Positions 47,852 through 57,432 are shown, counted from the first letter of the stretch. The stretch: DNA of 64,000 nucleotides from Thermoanaerobaculia bacterium (GCA_036275055.1 DASUEN010000046.1:22917-86916), one strand, 5' to 3'. Numbers and translations: made by a program. Notes: generated by a model not told the origin, from the letters alone.

Positions 47852-49069
47852 GTGAGACGCGGCGGCAGTGCTTACCGCTATCAACAGGTCTGGGAGAACC
47901 TGACGGCCCGGGCGCCCGAGCACCTGCGCATCGCGCACAGCCGGAGGCAGACCGCCCAGCAGCTCCTCACCGACTTGGCCGCCCAACCTCCGGAGTCGTG
48001 GATCGCCCAGATCCAGAAGGGCGGGGAACCCTTCCGCAGTCAGGATCTCTTCGATCTGCTGTTGGAAACCTGCCAGGGCGCACTGCCCTTCGAGCCTCTC
48101 CGGGCCTTCGAGGTCTCGAAGGCGGCGGTCGAGGTAGGACGGCTGCTCGCCTCCGCAGGGGCGGAGAACCCTCAGACTCTGCTGCCGGCGGCTCCTGTCC
48201 TGGAGGAGGCTTTGCTGTGCCGAGCCCTCTGTCTGAACAGCCACGCTCTCCGGCTTCTTGGTCAGCGCGAGCACGCCGAGGCCGCTCTCACCCGTGCGGC
48301 GTGCTTTTTGGGCGATCCGTCAGCGCGTGGCTTCTACGGCCAGGCTTTGGGGTTGCTTCGCTGGGATCAAGGCCGGGAGGAGGAGGCCGTCGCCTTCCTG
48401 CACCACGCCGGCCGCCGGTATCGGGAGCTGGGAGATGTGGGCGAGGAGGCGAAGTGCGCGGCCTTGCTGGGGCTCCTCTACCTCCGATACGACGACGGGG
48501 CGGAGTGGCAGCAGGCCGAGTCTGCCTTGCTTCGGGCGCAGTCTGGCATGGATTGTCAGCAAAGGCCTTGGCTCGCGGCGCAGGCGCAACTCGCCTTGGC
48601 GCGCTGCCAGGCCTTGAGAGGACGCAGGAGTGAGGCGCGAGCGTTGAGGCAGAGCGTCCGATCCCTCTACCCCTCCGTACCTACCGAGGATGACCTGGCT
48701 GCGTTGCATTGGCTCGAAGCGCAGATCGCGCAGGACCTGGAGGAACTAGAGGGAGCCGGGACGCTGTTGGATTCGGCTCGCCGAAGTTTCGTCGCGAGGG
48801 GGTGTCTTCCGGAGGCCACCCTGACCACTCTTCAGCTCGGCTGGATTCGTGCCCGGCAGGGGCGAGGCGAGGAGACCTCGGTGCTGAGCGATGAGCTGAC
48901 AAGAGTCTTCGGGATGGTCAAAGGCTTCGACGTGTCCTCGCGTGCTCTTCAATGTCTGGCCCGAGAGACGGCGCGTCGCAGCCTGAAGGGAAAGAGCTTG
49001 GCCTACCCGAAGCTCTTCCTCTCCTTTCGCGTGCGGGGTGTGTTTCCCCGCCCCATACCGTTCGTCTGA
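47852..49069 (+). CDS. TPR-like helical-repeat protein lacking an HTH (hypothetical)
   Basis: A 405-aa ORF with a GTG start after GGGGGAGAA. Its helical repeats and C-terminal layout resemble the two HTH-TPR proteins. Confidence 0.6.
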   Translation: MRRGGSAYRYQQVWENLTARAPEHLRIAHSRRQTAQQLLTDLAAQPPESWIAQIQKGGEPFRSQDLFDLLLETCQGALPFEPLRAFEVSKAAVEVGRLLASAGAENPQTLLPAAPVLEEALLCRALCLNSHALRLLGQREHAEAALTRAACFLGDPSARGFYGQALGLLRWDQGREEEAVAFLHHAGRRYRELGDVGEEAKCAALLGLLYLRYDDGAEWQQAESALLRAQSGMDCQQRPWLAAQAQLALARCQALRGRRSEARALRQSVRSLYPSVPTEDDLAALHWLEAQIAQDLEELEGAGTLLDSARRSFVARGCLPEATLTTLQLGWIRARQGRGEETSVLSDELTRVFGMVKGFDVSSRALQCLARETARRSLKGKSLAYPKLFLSFRVRGVFPRPIPFV

Positions 49070-49240
49070 GGTGCGCCCCCCTGCCGCTCGCTAGAACCAT
49101 GAAGCTGCCAACGAAAAAGGAAATGAGACATCCTGTGACATCTTGTCGGATACCGACGATCCAGCAGCGGCTGCGGGCGGCCCGGCAGTCCAAAGCTGCC
49201 TCCGATGACGTCATGAGTCTCGCTCTATAGCTCGAAGGAA

Positions 49241-49555
49241 ATGATCGTGGGCACGCATGATCTCATCAGGAGGAAACCCGTGGTCAACGATTCGGAAGCA
49301 GCGGAGGCCGCCGCGCAAATCTTGGAGGTCGCCGAGGGTGTGGAGGCTCTTTGCCGGCGGCTGCGGGAGGTCCATACCCGCCTTCCCGTCTCGCCTTTGG
49401 AACGTCTCATGCTGGTGGGCGAGGAGGACATGGACCGCTCCACACACTTGCGTATCATCCTCGAATGCATCGTCCACGACAGGCTGGAGCCGGTGGCCCG
49501 CGATCTCCGTAGCGCTCTTCACTGGCCTGCCAGCGAACCCGAAGGAAGGGACTAA
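49241..49555 (+). CDS. Hypothetical 104-aa protein
   Basis: The ATG follows GAAGGAA. Its stop overlaps the stop of the convergent TIR-NB-ARC-WD40 gene (CTAA at 49552-49555). I recognise no family, and coding status is uncertain. Confidence 0.4.
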   Translation: MIVGTHDLIRRKPVVNDSEAAEAAAQILEVAEGVEALCRRLREVHTRLPVSPLERLMLVGEEDMDRSTHLRIILECIVHDRLEPVARDLRSALHWPASEPEGRD

Positions 49556-52500
49556 TGGAGTGCTCTCGGCGTCGGGTACCCTGGCTCCACCAGATCGAAG
49601 AAATGCACCTTCCCCGACTGATCGCCAGCCACGATAATTTTTCCATCGGAAGTTGTTGCAACGGCCCACACCGGCGCATCCAAGGTTGTCACGGCTAATT
49701 CCTCTCCGCTTTCCAGGCTCCACACTCGAAGCGTACGGTCGAATGAGGCCGAGACAGCACGACCGTCGGCGAGCATGGCTATGGCTGCGATCGGATCCGT
49801 ATGTCCTTGGAGGATTTGCAGGCTCCGTCGATGCTCAAGATCCCACACCCGAAGCGTCCTGTCCGTGGAAGCAGAGATCACAAGACCGCTGGGCGCGACC
49901 GCCACCGCATTGACTCGGTCCGCATGTCCTCGGAAAACCTGTAGGGTTTGTCCGCTCTCCAGACTCCACACGCGAAGCGTTCCGTCGTTGGATGCGGAGA
50001 CGACGCGGCCGCCCTCTAACTCCGCCACCGCATTGACTCCACTCTCTCCTTCGAGGATTTGCGGGGCTTGCCCGCTTTCCAGACTCCATACCCGAAGCGT
50101 CCGATCCGAGGAGGCGGAGATGACACGACCGTCAGCCAACACAGCCACCGCATTGACCCGGTGATCGTGTCCTTTGAAGTTTTGAAGGGTCCGCCCATTC
50201 TCCAGATCCCACACCCGAAGTATCCCCAGGGCGTCGGCGGAGATAGCGCGACCGTCGGCCGTCACCGCGACTGCGCCAACCGAAGCTGTATGTCCTTGGA
50301 GAATTTTCAAGGTCTGCCCATTCTCCAGGTCCCACACCCGAAGCGCCCCGCGAGCGTCGGCGGAGATGGCGCGACCGCCGGGCACTACCGCTAACGCTCG
50401 GACCCACTCCTGGGATGGTTGGAGAGCTTGCAGAGCCGGCTGTCTACTCTCCAGATTCCAGAGCCGAAGCGCTCCATCAGCATCGGCGGAAACGATACGA
50501 CTGCCGTCCAGCACCGTCACCGCCCTGATCAAAGTCTTGTCTCTTTGCAAGGTTCGCACGACCTGTCCGCTCTCCAGATCCCATATGCGAACCGTCTCAT
50601 CGAGAGAGGCGGACAGCGCGTAGCCTCCGGCCACCGGCACCACCACCCTGACCTCATCCAGGTGCCCCTGGAGGACTCGGAGTGTCTGTCCACTCTCCAG
50701 GTCCCAGACCCGAAGCGTCCGGTCGGCGGAGGCGGAGACAGCGCGGCCGTCGGCCATCATCGCCACGGCTCGGACTCCAGTTATGTGCCCTTGAAGGATT
50801 TTGAACGTCTCTCCGGTCTCGAGATCCCAGACCCGGAGCGTCCCGTCAGTGGAAGCCGAGACGATACGCCGATTGTCCACCACCACCACCGCGTTGACCC
50901 AGTCGCTATGGCCTTCGAGGGTTTGCAGCGTCTGCCCGCTCTCCAGATCCCACACCCGAAGCGTCCGATCCGAGGAGGCGGAGACAAAGCGCCGGCTGTC
51001 GATGACCGCCACCGCGTTGATTCCAGCCGCGTGCCCTTGAAAGATTCGGAGTGTCTGTCCGGTCTCGAGGTCCCAGAGCAGAAGCGTATCGTCGGCGGAG
51101 CCCGAGACGGCACGCCGGCCATCCACCACCGCCACCGCCTTGACCCAGTCAATGTGACCTTTGAGGGTTCGCAGCATCTGCCCGCTCTCCAGGTCCCATA
51201 TCCGAAGCGTCCGATCCGAGGAGGCGGAGATCACGCGCCGGCCGTCGATGACCGCCACTGCGTTGACCTCAGTCAGGTGCCCCTCGAAGGTACGGATCAA
51301 AGCACCGCCCGGATGAATCAAGCCTCCCGTCCTTGGCCGAAGCCAAGGCCGTTTTCGCTGAAGCTTCGCTTCTTCCAGGAAAGCGTGGAGATTTGGCGTG
51401 CCCTTGCCCAGGAGGCGACCCAGGAGCTGTGGAGCAAGCTGCTTCCGATCCCTGGCAAGGACATGTGCCGAAAGACGAAAGGTGTCACGGACAGATCGAA
51501 GTACATCATCCTCTGTCACGAAAGGCTCGAAATCCGCGATCAGAGAGTTGATGTCCGTAGCCAGCAGCTTGGCCTCGATGAACGGGAACCTCACCAACAG
51601 TGCCTTGAATTCGTGCTCATCCCCGGCGCCAATGAAATGATCCCGCAGCCGACGCCAAAGATACGACTCCTCACGGGACAGATCCTCCCACTTCCCACTC
51701 GCAGGGCGATAAACTTCCAACAATCGGGAATGGAGAGACGAAAGCTCGCCGCTCCTCTGCTCCATCAACACCCTTCGGGTAACGTCATGGAGACGAACTG
51801 TTCCGTTCTTTCGATCAAATTCCAACAGCAAGGAAAGGTCATAAAGATGCTGGCAAACCCTGGTGGCGCCGAAATGAGACGTGCCCCAACAGCGCTCCAG
51901 AACCGAGACCGGAATATCCTCGTCTTCCGGGAAGATGGCCAACTGGAAGAAAAACTCCTGCTCCGCCTCGGGAAGACGTCGAACGCCGACGAGAATCGCT
52001 CTCGAGGCCGCCGCATGCCGGGATGCCGAATCGTTCTGGTCGAACGCGGAGAACCCTTCCGTGGCCAGAGCCCCTTCGATCTCCCTGAGGGCCTCTGCGA
52101 TCGACAGCCCTTCTTTTACCATCTCCCGCAAGGGGCCATTCACGAGCTTCAAGAGGAGAGGCCATTCTCCGAGTTGTGCGGCCAAGGATCTGAAATCCTC
52201 AGGAGAAGAGCCCGGGAGCCCGGCCCGGAGCAGGTCGACGGCTTCGGACGAAGCCATCGCGTCCACCCTGATGAGCTTCGAATCCGCGGGGAGGGTGCGG
52301 TTGTCGCGGGTCGTGATGAGGAGGGCGCAGCTCTCTCCGAGCCCCTGGAACGGAGCGACGTCATCCGGCTTCCAGACATCGTCGACGACGACGAGGGCCC
52401 TGGCTCCATTCAAAGACTCGCGGAGCTTCGCGCCGGCGGCGGCGACGGTTTCGAAGGCGCGAGGCTCTTCGTCGGTCCACCAGCGGAGGAGATCCCGGAT

Positions 52501-53241
52501 CTGCTTCAGGCGGCCGTTGGAATCGACCTCCTCCCCCAGAGTCGCCCAGAGAATGCCGTCCGGATACGTCTCCCGGACCCGCTCGTCGAAGCAAAGTTTC
52601 TGGGCCAGCGCGGTCTTTCCAAATCCGCCGGCTCCTCGCAAGGCGGTGGTGATTCCCACCGATCTCCCGGCTTGAGCGCCTTTCGAGCAGAGCACTTCGC
52701 GGACTTCGTCGTACTCTTGGCGGTGAACCCACCCCTCAGGCTCTTGCGCCACCATGCAGCGATAGTGAAGAGTGTTCTTCGCCGGTCCCCCTCCCCCGCC
52801 CGGACCGGGCGCCTGTCCTCGAATCCCGCTGATCAGACTACGGAAGGCGTCCTCGTCATCGAGACCTGCGCGGAAGTCCACCCAGGCGAGACGGCGGAGG
52901 AAACGGGGAAGCTTTTCCTCCCGGGGCTCGAAGGAGCCGGGGAGGAGGACGGGGACCACCCGGAAGGCGCGGTCGCCCACCCGGGCCTCCAGAGCGGAAC
53001 GCATCTCCTCGTTCTGCCAGGAGCCGAGACCCCTGGCGCCCAGGAACACGGCGCAGGTACGGCTCGCGTCGAGCGCCTCCTCCAGCGCCTCCTGCCAGGG
53101 ATCACCCGGGATGAGATGCCACTTGTCCAGGAACGGCTCGATTCCCGCTTCCTGGAGCTTCCGGGCAAGGCTCTCCACGGCAGGCTTGTCCGCGCTGCTG
53201 TGGCTCAGGAAGACGTCGTAGCGGGACATTGGCATCGTCAA
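49552..53241 (-). CDS. NLR-like STAND protein: N-terminal TIR domain, NB-ARC/APAF-1-type NTPase and 14 WD40 repeats
   Basis: The TIR reads YDVFLSHSSADKPAVESLARKLQEAGIEPFLDKW...GSWQNEEM. Walker A is GAGGFGKTALA and Walker B is LVVVDDVW, followed by LLITTR and an ARC-like helical region. Then come 14 repeats of the type GHxxxVNAVAVxxDGRxxSASxDRTLRVWDLESGQTL. The track start is a TTG at 53241; ATGs at 53235 and 53229 are alternatives. Confidence 0.9.
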   Translation of the reverse strand: MTMPMSRYDVFLSHSSADKPAVESLARKLQEAGIEPFLDKWHLIPGDPWQEALEEALDASRTCAVFLGARGLGSWQNEEMRSALEARVGDRAFRVVPVLLPGSFEPREEKLPRFLRRLAWVDFRAGLDDEDAFRSLISGIRGQAPGPGGGGGPAKNTLHYRCMVAQEPEGWVHRQEYDEVREVLCSKGAQAGRSVGITTALRGAGGFGKTALAQKLCFDERVRETYPDGILWATLGEEVDSNGRLKQIRDLLRWWTDEEPRAFETVAAAGAKLRESLNGARALVVVDDVWKPDDVAPFQGLGESCALLITTRDNRTLPADSKLIRVDAMASSEAVDLLRAGLPGSSPEDFRSLAAQLGEWPLLLKLVNGPLREMVKEGLSIAEALREIEGALATEGFSAFDQNDSASRHAAASRAILVGVRRLPEAEQEFFFQLAIFPEDEDIPVSVLERCWGTSHFGATRVCQHLYDLSLLLEFDRKNGTVRLHDVTRRVLMEQRSGELSSLHSRLLEVYRPASGKWEDLSREESYLWRRLRDHFIGAGDEHEFKALLVRFPFIEAKLLATDINSLIADFEPFVTEDDVLRSVRDTFRLSAHVLARDRKQLAPQLLGRLLGKGTPNLHAFLEEAKLQRKRPWLRPRTGGLIHPGGALIRTFEGHLTEVNAVAVIDGRRVISASSDRTLRIWDLESGQMLRTLKGHIDWVKAVAVVDGRRAVSGSADDTLLLWDLETGQTLRIFQGHAAGINAVAVIDSRRFVSASSDRTLRVWDLESGQTLQTLEGHSDWVNAVVVVDNRRIVSASTDGTLRVWDLETGETFKILQGHITGVRAVAMMADGRAVSASADRTLRVWDLESGQTLRVLQGHLDEVRVVVPVAGGYALSASLDETVRIWDLESGQVVRTLQRDKTLIRAVTVLDGSRIVSADADGALRLWNLESRQPALQALQPSQEWVRALAVVPGGRAISADARGALRVWDLENGQTLKILQGHTASVGAVAVTADGRAISADALGILRVWDLENGRTLQNFKGHDHRVNAVAVLADGRVISASSDRTLRVWSLESGQAPQILEGESGVNAVAELEGGRVVSASNDGTLRVWSLESGQTLQVFRGHADRVNAVAVAPSGLVISASTDRTLRVWDLEHRRSLQILQGHTDPIAAIAMLADGRAVSASFDRTLRVWSLESGEELAVTTLDAPVWAVATTSDGKIIVAGDQSGKVHFFDLVEPGYPTPRALH
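49590..51300 (-). repeat. Fourteen tandem ~126-bp WD40-coding repeats with high internal identity
   Basis: The repeats are visible at DNA level (recurring CTCCAGATCCCACACCCGAAGCGTCC-type strings on the plus strand) and at protein level (LRVWDLESGQTL appears many times). Confidence 0.85.
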
Positions 53242-53442
53242 ACTGGGAAGTTAGGCGGACTCGGCTCCAGTGCAAGTTTAAGGCATGCGGGAGGGCGTCC
53301 GGGCTGATAGACTTGTCGGAGTTTCGCATGGAGGTGCGGGGGAGAGGCGATGAGGCCTGGCCATGCGGGTCTGAAAAACTCGTCGTTCGCTCCCGAGCGC
53401 CTGGCGGGGTTCCTGAGCCGTATCATTACATCCGAGAGTCCC

Positions 53443-54189
53443 ATGAGTACTATCTTTGATCTCCTAGTCGCCTTCGAAATCCACTCGGTCGAGCGAATTC
53501 GGTCGATTCTCGACGCCGGTTTCGATGTCCGCACGCCTGTGAAGGGCAAGGCACCGATTGCTCACCTGATCGAGATGTACTATCGATCGGACGCCTTTCC
53601 GGATTGCGTGAGGCTCCTTTTGGACCGGGGAGCCGTGCTCGAGGATCCGGTGCTCCGGCCCGTTTTCTTGAATGACGTGGATGAGCTGGAGGCAGCGATC
53701 CGTGCCAATCCGGCTCTTTTGCAACACCGGACGTCTTTGGCGTGCGCCTTCACGCCACTCCTCGGTGTCACGCTTTTGCACGTCGCCGCCGAATACGGAC
53801 ACCTGGAGGTGGCACGCAAGCTCATCGAGCTCGGTGCCGAAGTCGACGCGCGGGCGGCTACCGACGAATTCGGCTTCAATGGTCACACTCCACTCTTTCA
53901 CACGGTCAATTCCAACGAGAATCGCTCTGCGCCCGTCATGAACCTGTTGCTTGACGCGGGTGCGCGACCCGATATTCTCTTGCCTGGAATCACATGGGGC
54001 CAGGGATTCGAATGGGAGACGCTTTGCTTCGACGTAACGCCCATCTCCTACGCACAGCTTGGTCTCCTCCGCCAAATGCAGCGCACCGAGGCCGACACGT
54101 ACGCCAACGTAGCCACGCTCTTGAGGGCAGCAAAGCGGTCTGTACCTTCTTTCACCAACGTCCCGAACCGGTATCTCGCCTCGCCGTGA
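53443..54189 (+). CDS. Ankyrin-repeat protein
   Basis: I trimmed track ORF 53350..54189 to the ATG at 53443. ANK signatures are present (TLLHVAAEYGHLEVARKLIELGAEVDA, GHTPLFHTV...VMNLLLDAGARPD). It is divergent from the TIR-NB-ARC-WD40 gene. Confidence 0.8.
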   Translation: MSTIFDLLVAFEIHSVERIRSILDAGFDVRTPVKGKAPIAHLIEMYYRSDAFPDCVRLLLDRGAVLEDPVLRPVFLNDVDELEAAIRANPALLQHRTSLACAFTPLLGVTLLHVAAEYGHLEVARKLIELGAEVDARAATDEFGFNGHTPLFHTVNSNENRSAPVMNLLLDAGARPDILLPGITWGQGFEWETLCFDVTPISYAQLGLLRQMQRTEADTYANVATLLRAAKRSVPSFTNVPNRYLASP

Positions 54190-54222
54190 AGCCGTTTGAC
54201 CCACCGTTGGAGCGGAAGGCAG

Positions 54223-54816
54223 CTATTCCTCGTTCCACCCTCCGAGCACCATCGAGCCCAGGCTCTTGCGTTCCCGGGGAGCCTTCTCACGGTCGCGCAG
54301 CCGCTCGGGGAGCGTCTCGGGATCTCCGGCCCAGCCGATGGCGATGGCGGCGACGGCCTCCACGCCTTCCGGCAAATCGAAGGCGGTGCGGATGCAATCG
54401 CGATCGATTCCTGCCATGGGGTGAACCGAAAGCCCGAGGGACGACGCCTGAAACGTGAGCTGAGCAGTGGCGGCGCCGACGTCGTGCAGGGCGTGCCGGT
54501 TCTCCTGGCCGTTGGCCGCGAAGGTGGTGCGGGCGAGGGAGACCATGAGGACCGGCGCGTTCGGCGCCCACCCCTGGTTGCCGGGCGTGAGGCAGCGGGC
54601 GATCTTTTCGAACGCTTCGCCGTCTTCCTTGCGGGCAACGATGAAGATCCAGGGCTGCTCGTTGAAGCACGAAGGAGCCCAGCGGGCTGCCTCCAGCAGC
54701 GAGCTGATCGTTTCGCGATCGACCGGCCGGTCCGCGAAGGCCCGCGGGCTCCAACGCTCGCGGATCAGGGGATGGACCGGATAGCGGCTGTCCGCGTTCG
54801 CTCTCTCGGCGCTCAT
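54223..54816 (-). CDS. Nitroreductase-family flavoprotein (possible flavin reductase partner)
   Basis: This is the C-terminal 197 aa of track ORF 54223..55932, from MSAERANADSRYPVHPLIRERWSPRAFADRPV...APSCFNEQPW. The start overlaps the LLM stop (ATGA). Confidence 0.85.
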   Translation of the reverse strand: MSAERANADSRYPVHPLIRERWSPRAFADRPVDRETISSLLEAARWAPSCFNEQPWIFIVARKEDGEAFEKIARCLTPGNQGWAPNAPVLMVSLARTTFAANGQENRHALHDVGAATAQLTFQASSLGLSVHPMAGIDRDCIRTAFDLPEGVEAVAAIAIGWAGDPETLPERLRDREKAPRERKSLGSMVLGGWNEE

Positions 54817-55862
54817 GATGCCGCCGCGAGCTGGCGGGTGTCGATCACCTGGGCGGCGAAGCGCTCCATCTCCTCGTACTGCGGGCTGGACTGCAGGAGG
54901 AGCAGGTCGATGCCGGCCGCTTCCAGCTCTTCGATCCGCTCGCGCACTTGCTCGGGCGTGCCCACTAGCCCGGTGCGCAGGCCGCGGTTCGAAACCGAAT
55001 ATTCCTCGATCGACATCCGCCGCTCGAGCTGCGTGCCGGCGAGCCATTCCTGATAGTTGGCGAAGCCGGCGGCGCTCTGGCGGACGTCCGTGATGCGCTC
55101 TTTTTCGCGCTGCGCCTCGCGCTCGGAATCGCGCACGATGGCGTAGGCGGCAACGCCGAAGCTCATGGGCGGCAGGCCGTGCCGCTCGCGCCGTGCCGAA
55201 AGGTCCACCACTTTTTCGCGCAACCGGTCCGGCGGATCGCCGTGCATCACGTAGGCGTCGCACTGGCGCGAGATCAGGTCCTTGGCGGCTTCCGACTCGC
55301 CGCCGGCATAGATCGTCGGGCGCGGCCGGGAGGGGAGGGAAAAAGGTTTCGGTTGCAGCACGGTGTCGGCGACGCGATAGTAGCGCCCTTGGTAGGAGAA
55401 GTGATCGTGTTTCCAGACGCCGTCGACCACGTCGAGCCATTCGGCGGTGCGCGCGTAGCGATCGTCGTGGGTGTCGAAGGCTACACCGTACTGCGCCGCC
55501 TCCGAGGCCCACCAGGAGGAAACCACGTTGAGCGAGACCCGGCCGCCGCTGATGTGATCGACGTTCGCGGCCTGCTTGGCGAGCAGCGCCGGGAGGTGGA
55601 ACGTCGGCCGCACGGCGACCATGAGCTCCAGGCGGTGCGTTACCGCCGCGAGCGCTGCGGCCGTGGACCAGGCGTCGAGCGCCGGGGCCTCGACGCCCTT
55701 GATGTCGTTCAGGTTCAGCTCGGCGACGAGCGTCAGGTCGTAACCGATCTCCTCGCTGCGCCGCGCGAGCCGGCTGACGTACTCCCAGCTCGCCGCCATC
55801 CCTTCGTCCTCGACGTTGCGCAGCCATCCGCCGAAGACCGGCAGCCAATATCCGTATCTCAT
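54813..55862 (-). CDS. LLM-class (luciferase-like) flavin-dependent monooxygenase, RutA/SfnG-like
   Basis: I trimmed track ORF 54813..56204 to the ATG at 55862 (MRYGYWLPVFGGWLRN...ISGGRVSLNVVSSWW). The start overlaps the ATP-grasp stop (ATGA). Confidence 0.85.
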   Translation of the reverse strand: MRYGYWLPVFGGWLRNVEDEGMAASWEYVSRLARRSEEIGYDLTLVAELNLNDIKGVEAPALDAWSTAAALAAVTHRLELMVAVRPTFHLPALLAKQAANVDHISGGRVSLNVVSSWWASEAAQYGVAFDTHDDRYARTAEWLDVVDGVWKHDHFSYQGRYYRVADTVLQPKPFSLPSRPRPTIYAGGESEAAKDLISRQCDAYVMHGDPPDRLREKVVDLSARRERHGLPPMSFGVAAYAIVRDSEREAQREKERITDVRQSAAGFANYQEWLAGTQLERRMSIEEYSVSNRGLRTGLVGTPEQVRERIEELEAAGIDLLLLQSSPQYEEMERFAAQVIDTRQLAAAS

Positions 55863-56839
55863 CCCGCGGCCTCCGTTTCCAGGTATTCGACCAGCCGGGT
55901 GAAAGGATCGAAGCCGATGACGCGCGGCGCATCGGCCACGAAGTTCGACAGCGCGTTGATGTCGTAATAAAGGATGTCGCCGTCGCGGTCGTCGATCAGG
56001 TATTCGACGCCGCCGACGTCGATCGCCGCCGCCTCGAAAATCCTTTCGACGTTGGCGATCACCTCGGGCGGCGGCGTGTACCCTTCGACGCGGATGCCTC
56101 GCTCCTGCGCGTCGAGGGCGCACGCGGCGCCCACCAGGGTCGCGCCGGCGGTGGTTTGGCAAGCGTCCGCCGGACAGAGGTTGAAGGAGTTGCCTGCGCT
56201 CCAAAGGCGGATGGCGTAGAGGTATTTCCGCCCCAGGACCTCGACGCGGACGATGTGGCCGTCGCGGGCGGGAGCGAATTCCTGGACCAGCGCCGTGCTG
56301 TCGATGCCGAGGTCGATCGTCCCCTCTTCCACCGCCGCGGCCAGCTCGGCCGGAGTGTCGTAGCGGACGATCCCCGCGCCGCTGCCGCCCACGTTCGCCT
56401 TGACGACCAGGGGAAAGCGCAGGCCGCGGGCAGCTTCGATCACCTCGGCCGGGTGGTTGACGACCCGGGCGCGCGGGTACTTGAGCCCCAGCGACTCCAG
56501 CAGCGAGAGCTGGAGCGCCTTCGAGATCTCGACCCGGAAGCCGCGCGAGCCGTTGACCACCCGGGTGCCCAGGCGTTCGAGGTGATCCAGGTAGGCCAGC
56601 GTGTGGTAGATGCCGTGGCTCTCCCCCCGCAGGTAAGCGGAAGGGCTCATGCGGTTGAACAGCAGTGAGAAGCCGAGGTCACGCTCGGCGACGTCGAAGT
56701 GATGGCGCCGCGCGTCGATACGGACGTAGGGCGTGCCCCGGCGGTCGAGCTCGCTGAACAGCGGCCGGAACCAGTCCTGGTGCTCGTGGTAGATGGCGAT
56801 GGGGCGGTCGAGCTTGGGCTTGGGTGGCGTCGATAGCAT
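55859..56839 (-). CDS. ATP-grasp (RimK-like) ligase
   Basis: A 326-aa ORF with ATP-grasp features (FPLVVKANVGGSGAGIV, ALVQEF, VGGVEYLIDDRDGDILYYDINALSNF). Confidence 0.8.
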   Translation of the reverse strand: MLSTPPKPKLDRPIAIYHEHQDWFRPLFSELDRRGTPYVRIDARRHHFDVAERDLGFSLLFNRMSPSAYLRGESHGIYHTLAYLDHLERLGTRVVNGSRGFRVEISKALQLSLLESLGLKYPRARVVNHPAEVIEAARGLRFPLVVKANVGGSGAGIVRYDTPAELAAAVEEGTIDLGIDSTALVQEFAPARDGHIVRVEVLGRKYLYAIRLWSAGNSFNLCPADACQTTAGATLVGAACALDAQERGIRVEGYTPPPEVIANVERIFEAAAIDVGGVEYLIDDRDGDILYYDINALSNFVADAPRVIGFDPFTRLVEYLETEAAG

Positions 56840-56907
56840 GAACGGGCGTCCTCTAGGTCAAAAGAGGGCGCCAGTATACATGATCTCCTAACTAACTTTT
56901 GTGGGCT

Positions 56908-57432
56908 TCAGGCGGGGCCGGCGAAGCGGGTGTCCAGCCAGGCCTGGGCCGCGGCCTCGTCGCGCGGCGAGGAAAGGAAGCGCTCCCAGGCCTGCTGCTC
57001 CTGCCAGACGGGGACCAACTCCCAGACGCAGAACGTGGGCTTGTGGGCGCCGTCGCGCGGCCAGAGCGCGAAGTCGGGCATGGCGTCGCCGTCCTTGTAG
57101 AAGACGGTCTGCCAGATCTCGTTCGAGCCCCGCCAGGTGCAGACGATGAGGAAGTAGAAGTCGTTGCCGCAGCGGTGGAGCACCACGAAACCCAGGCCGC
57201 GGGCTTCGAGCGGATTCGCCGTCAGATAGGCGCGGGCCAGGCGCGTGATCTCGCCGGGAATGGGCTTGTCGCCGGCATGCAGCCCGTACCACTTGAACAA
57301 GGCGCCAGGGGTTTCGATGGGCTCGCCGGGCGTGACGCGCTTGGGCGCGTGCCGGTAACTCGGGTCCACGCCCGAGTCGGTCTCGAGAAGGTTTGCGAGG
57401 TACGTATTCAGATCCGTATTCAAGGGCGTCAT
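56908..57432 (-). CDS. Hypothetical 174-aa protein
   Basis: I trimmed track ORF 56908..57471 to the ATG at 57432, preceded by GGAGGA. I recognise no family. Confidence 0.6.
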   Translation of the reverse strand: MTPLNTDLNTYLANLLETDSGVDPSYRHAPKRVTPGEPIETPGALFKWYGLHAGDKPIPGEITRLARAYLTANPLEARGLGFVVLHRCGNDFYFLIVCTWRGSNEIWQTVFYKDGDAMPDFALWPRDGAHKPTFCVWELVPVWQEQQAWERFLSSPRDEAAAQAWLDTRFAGPA

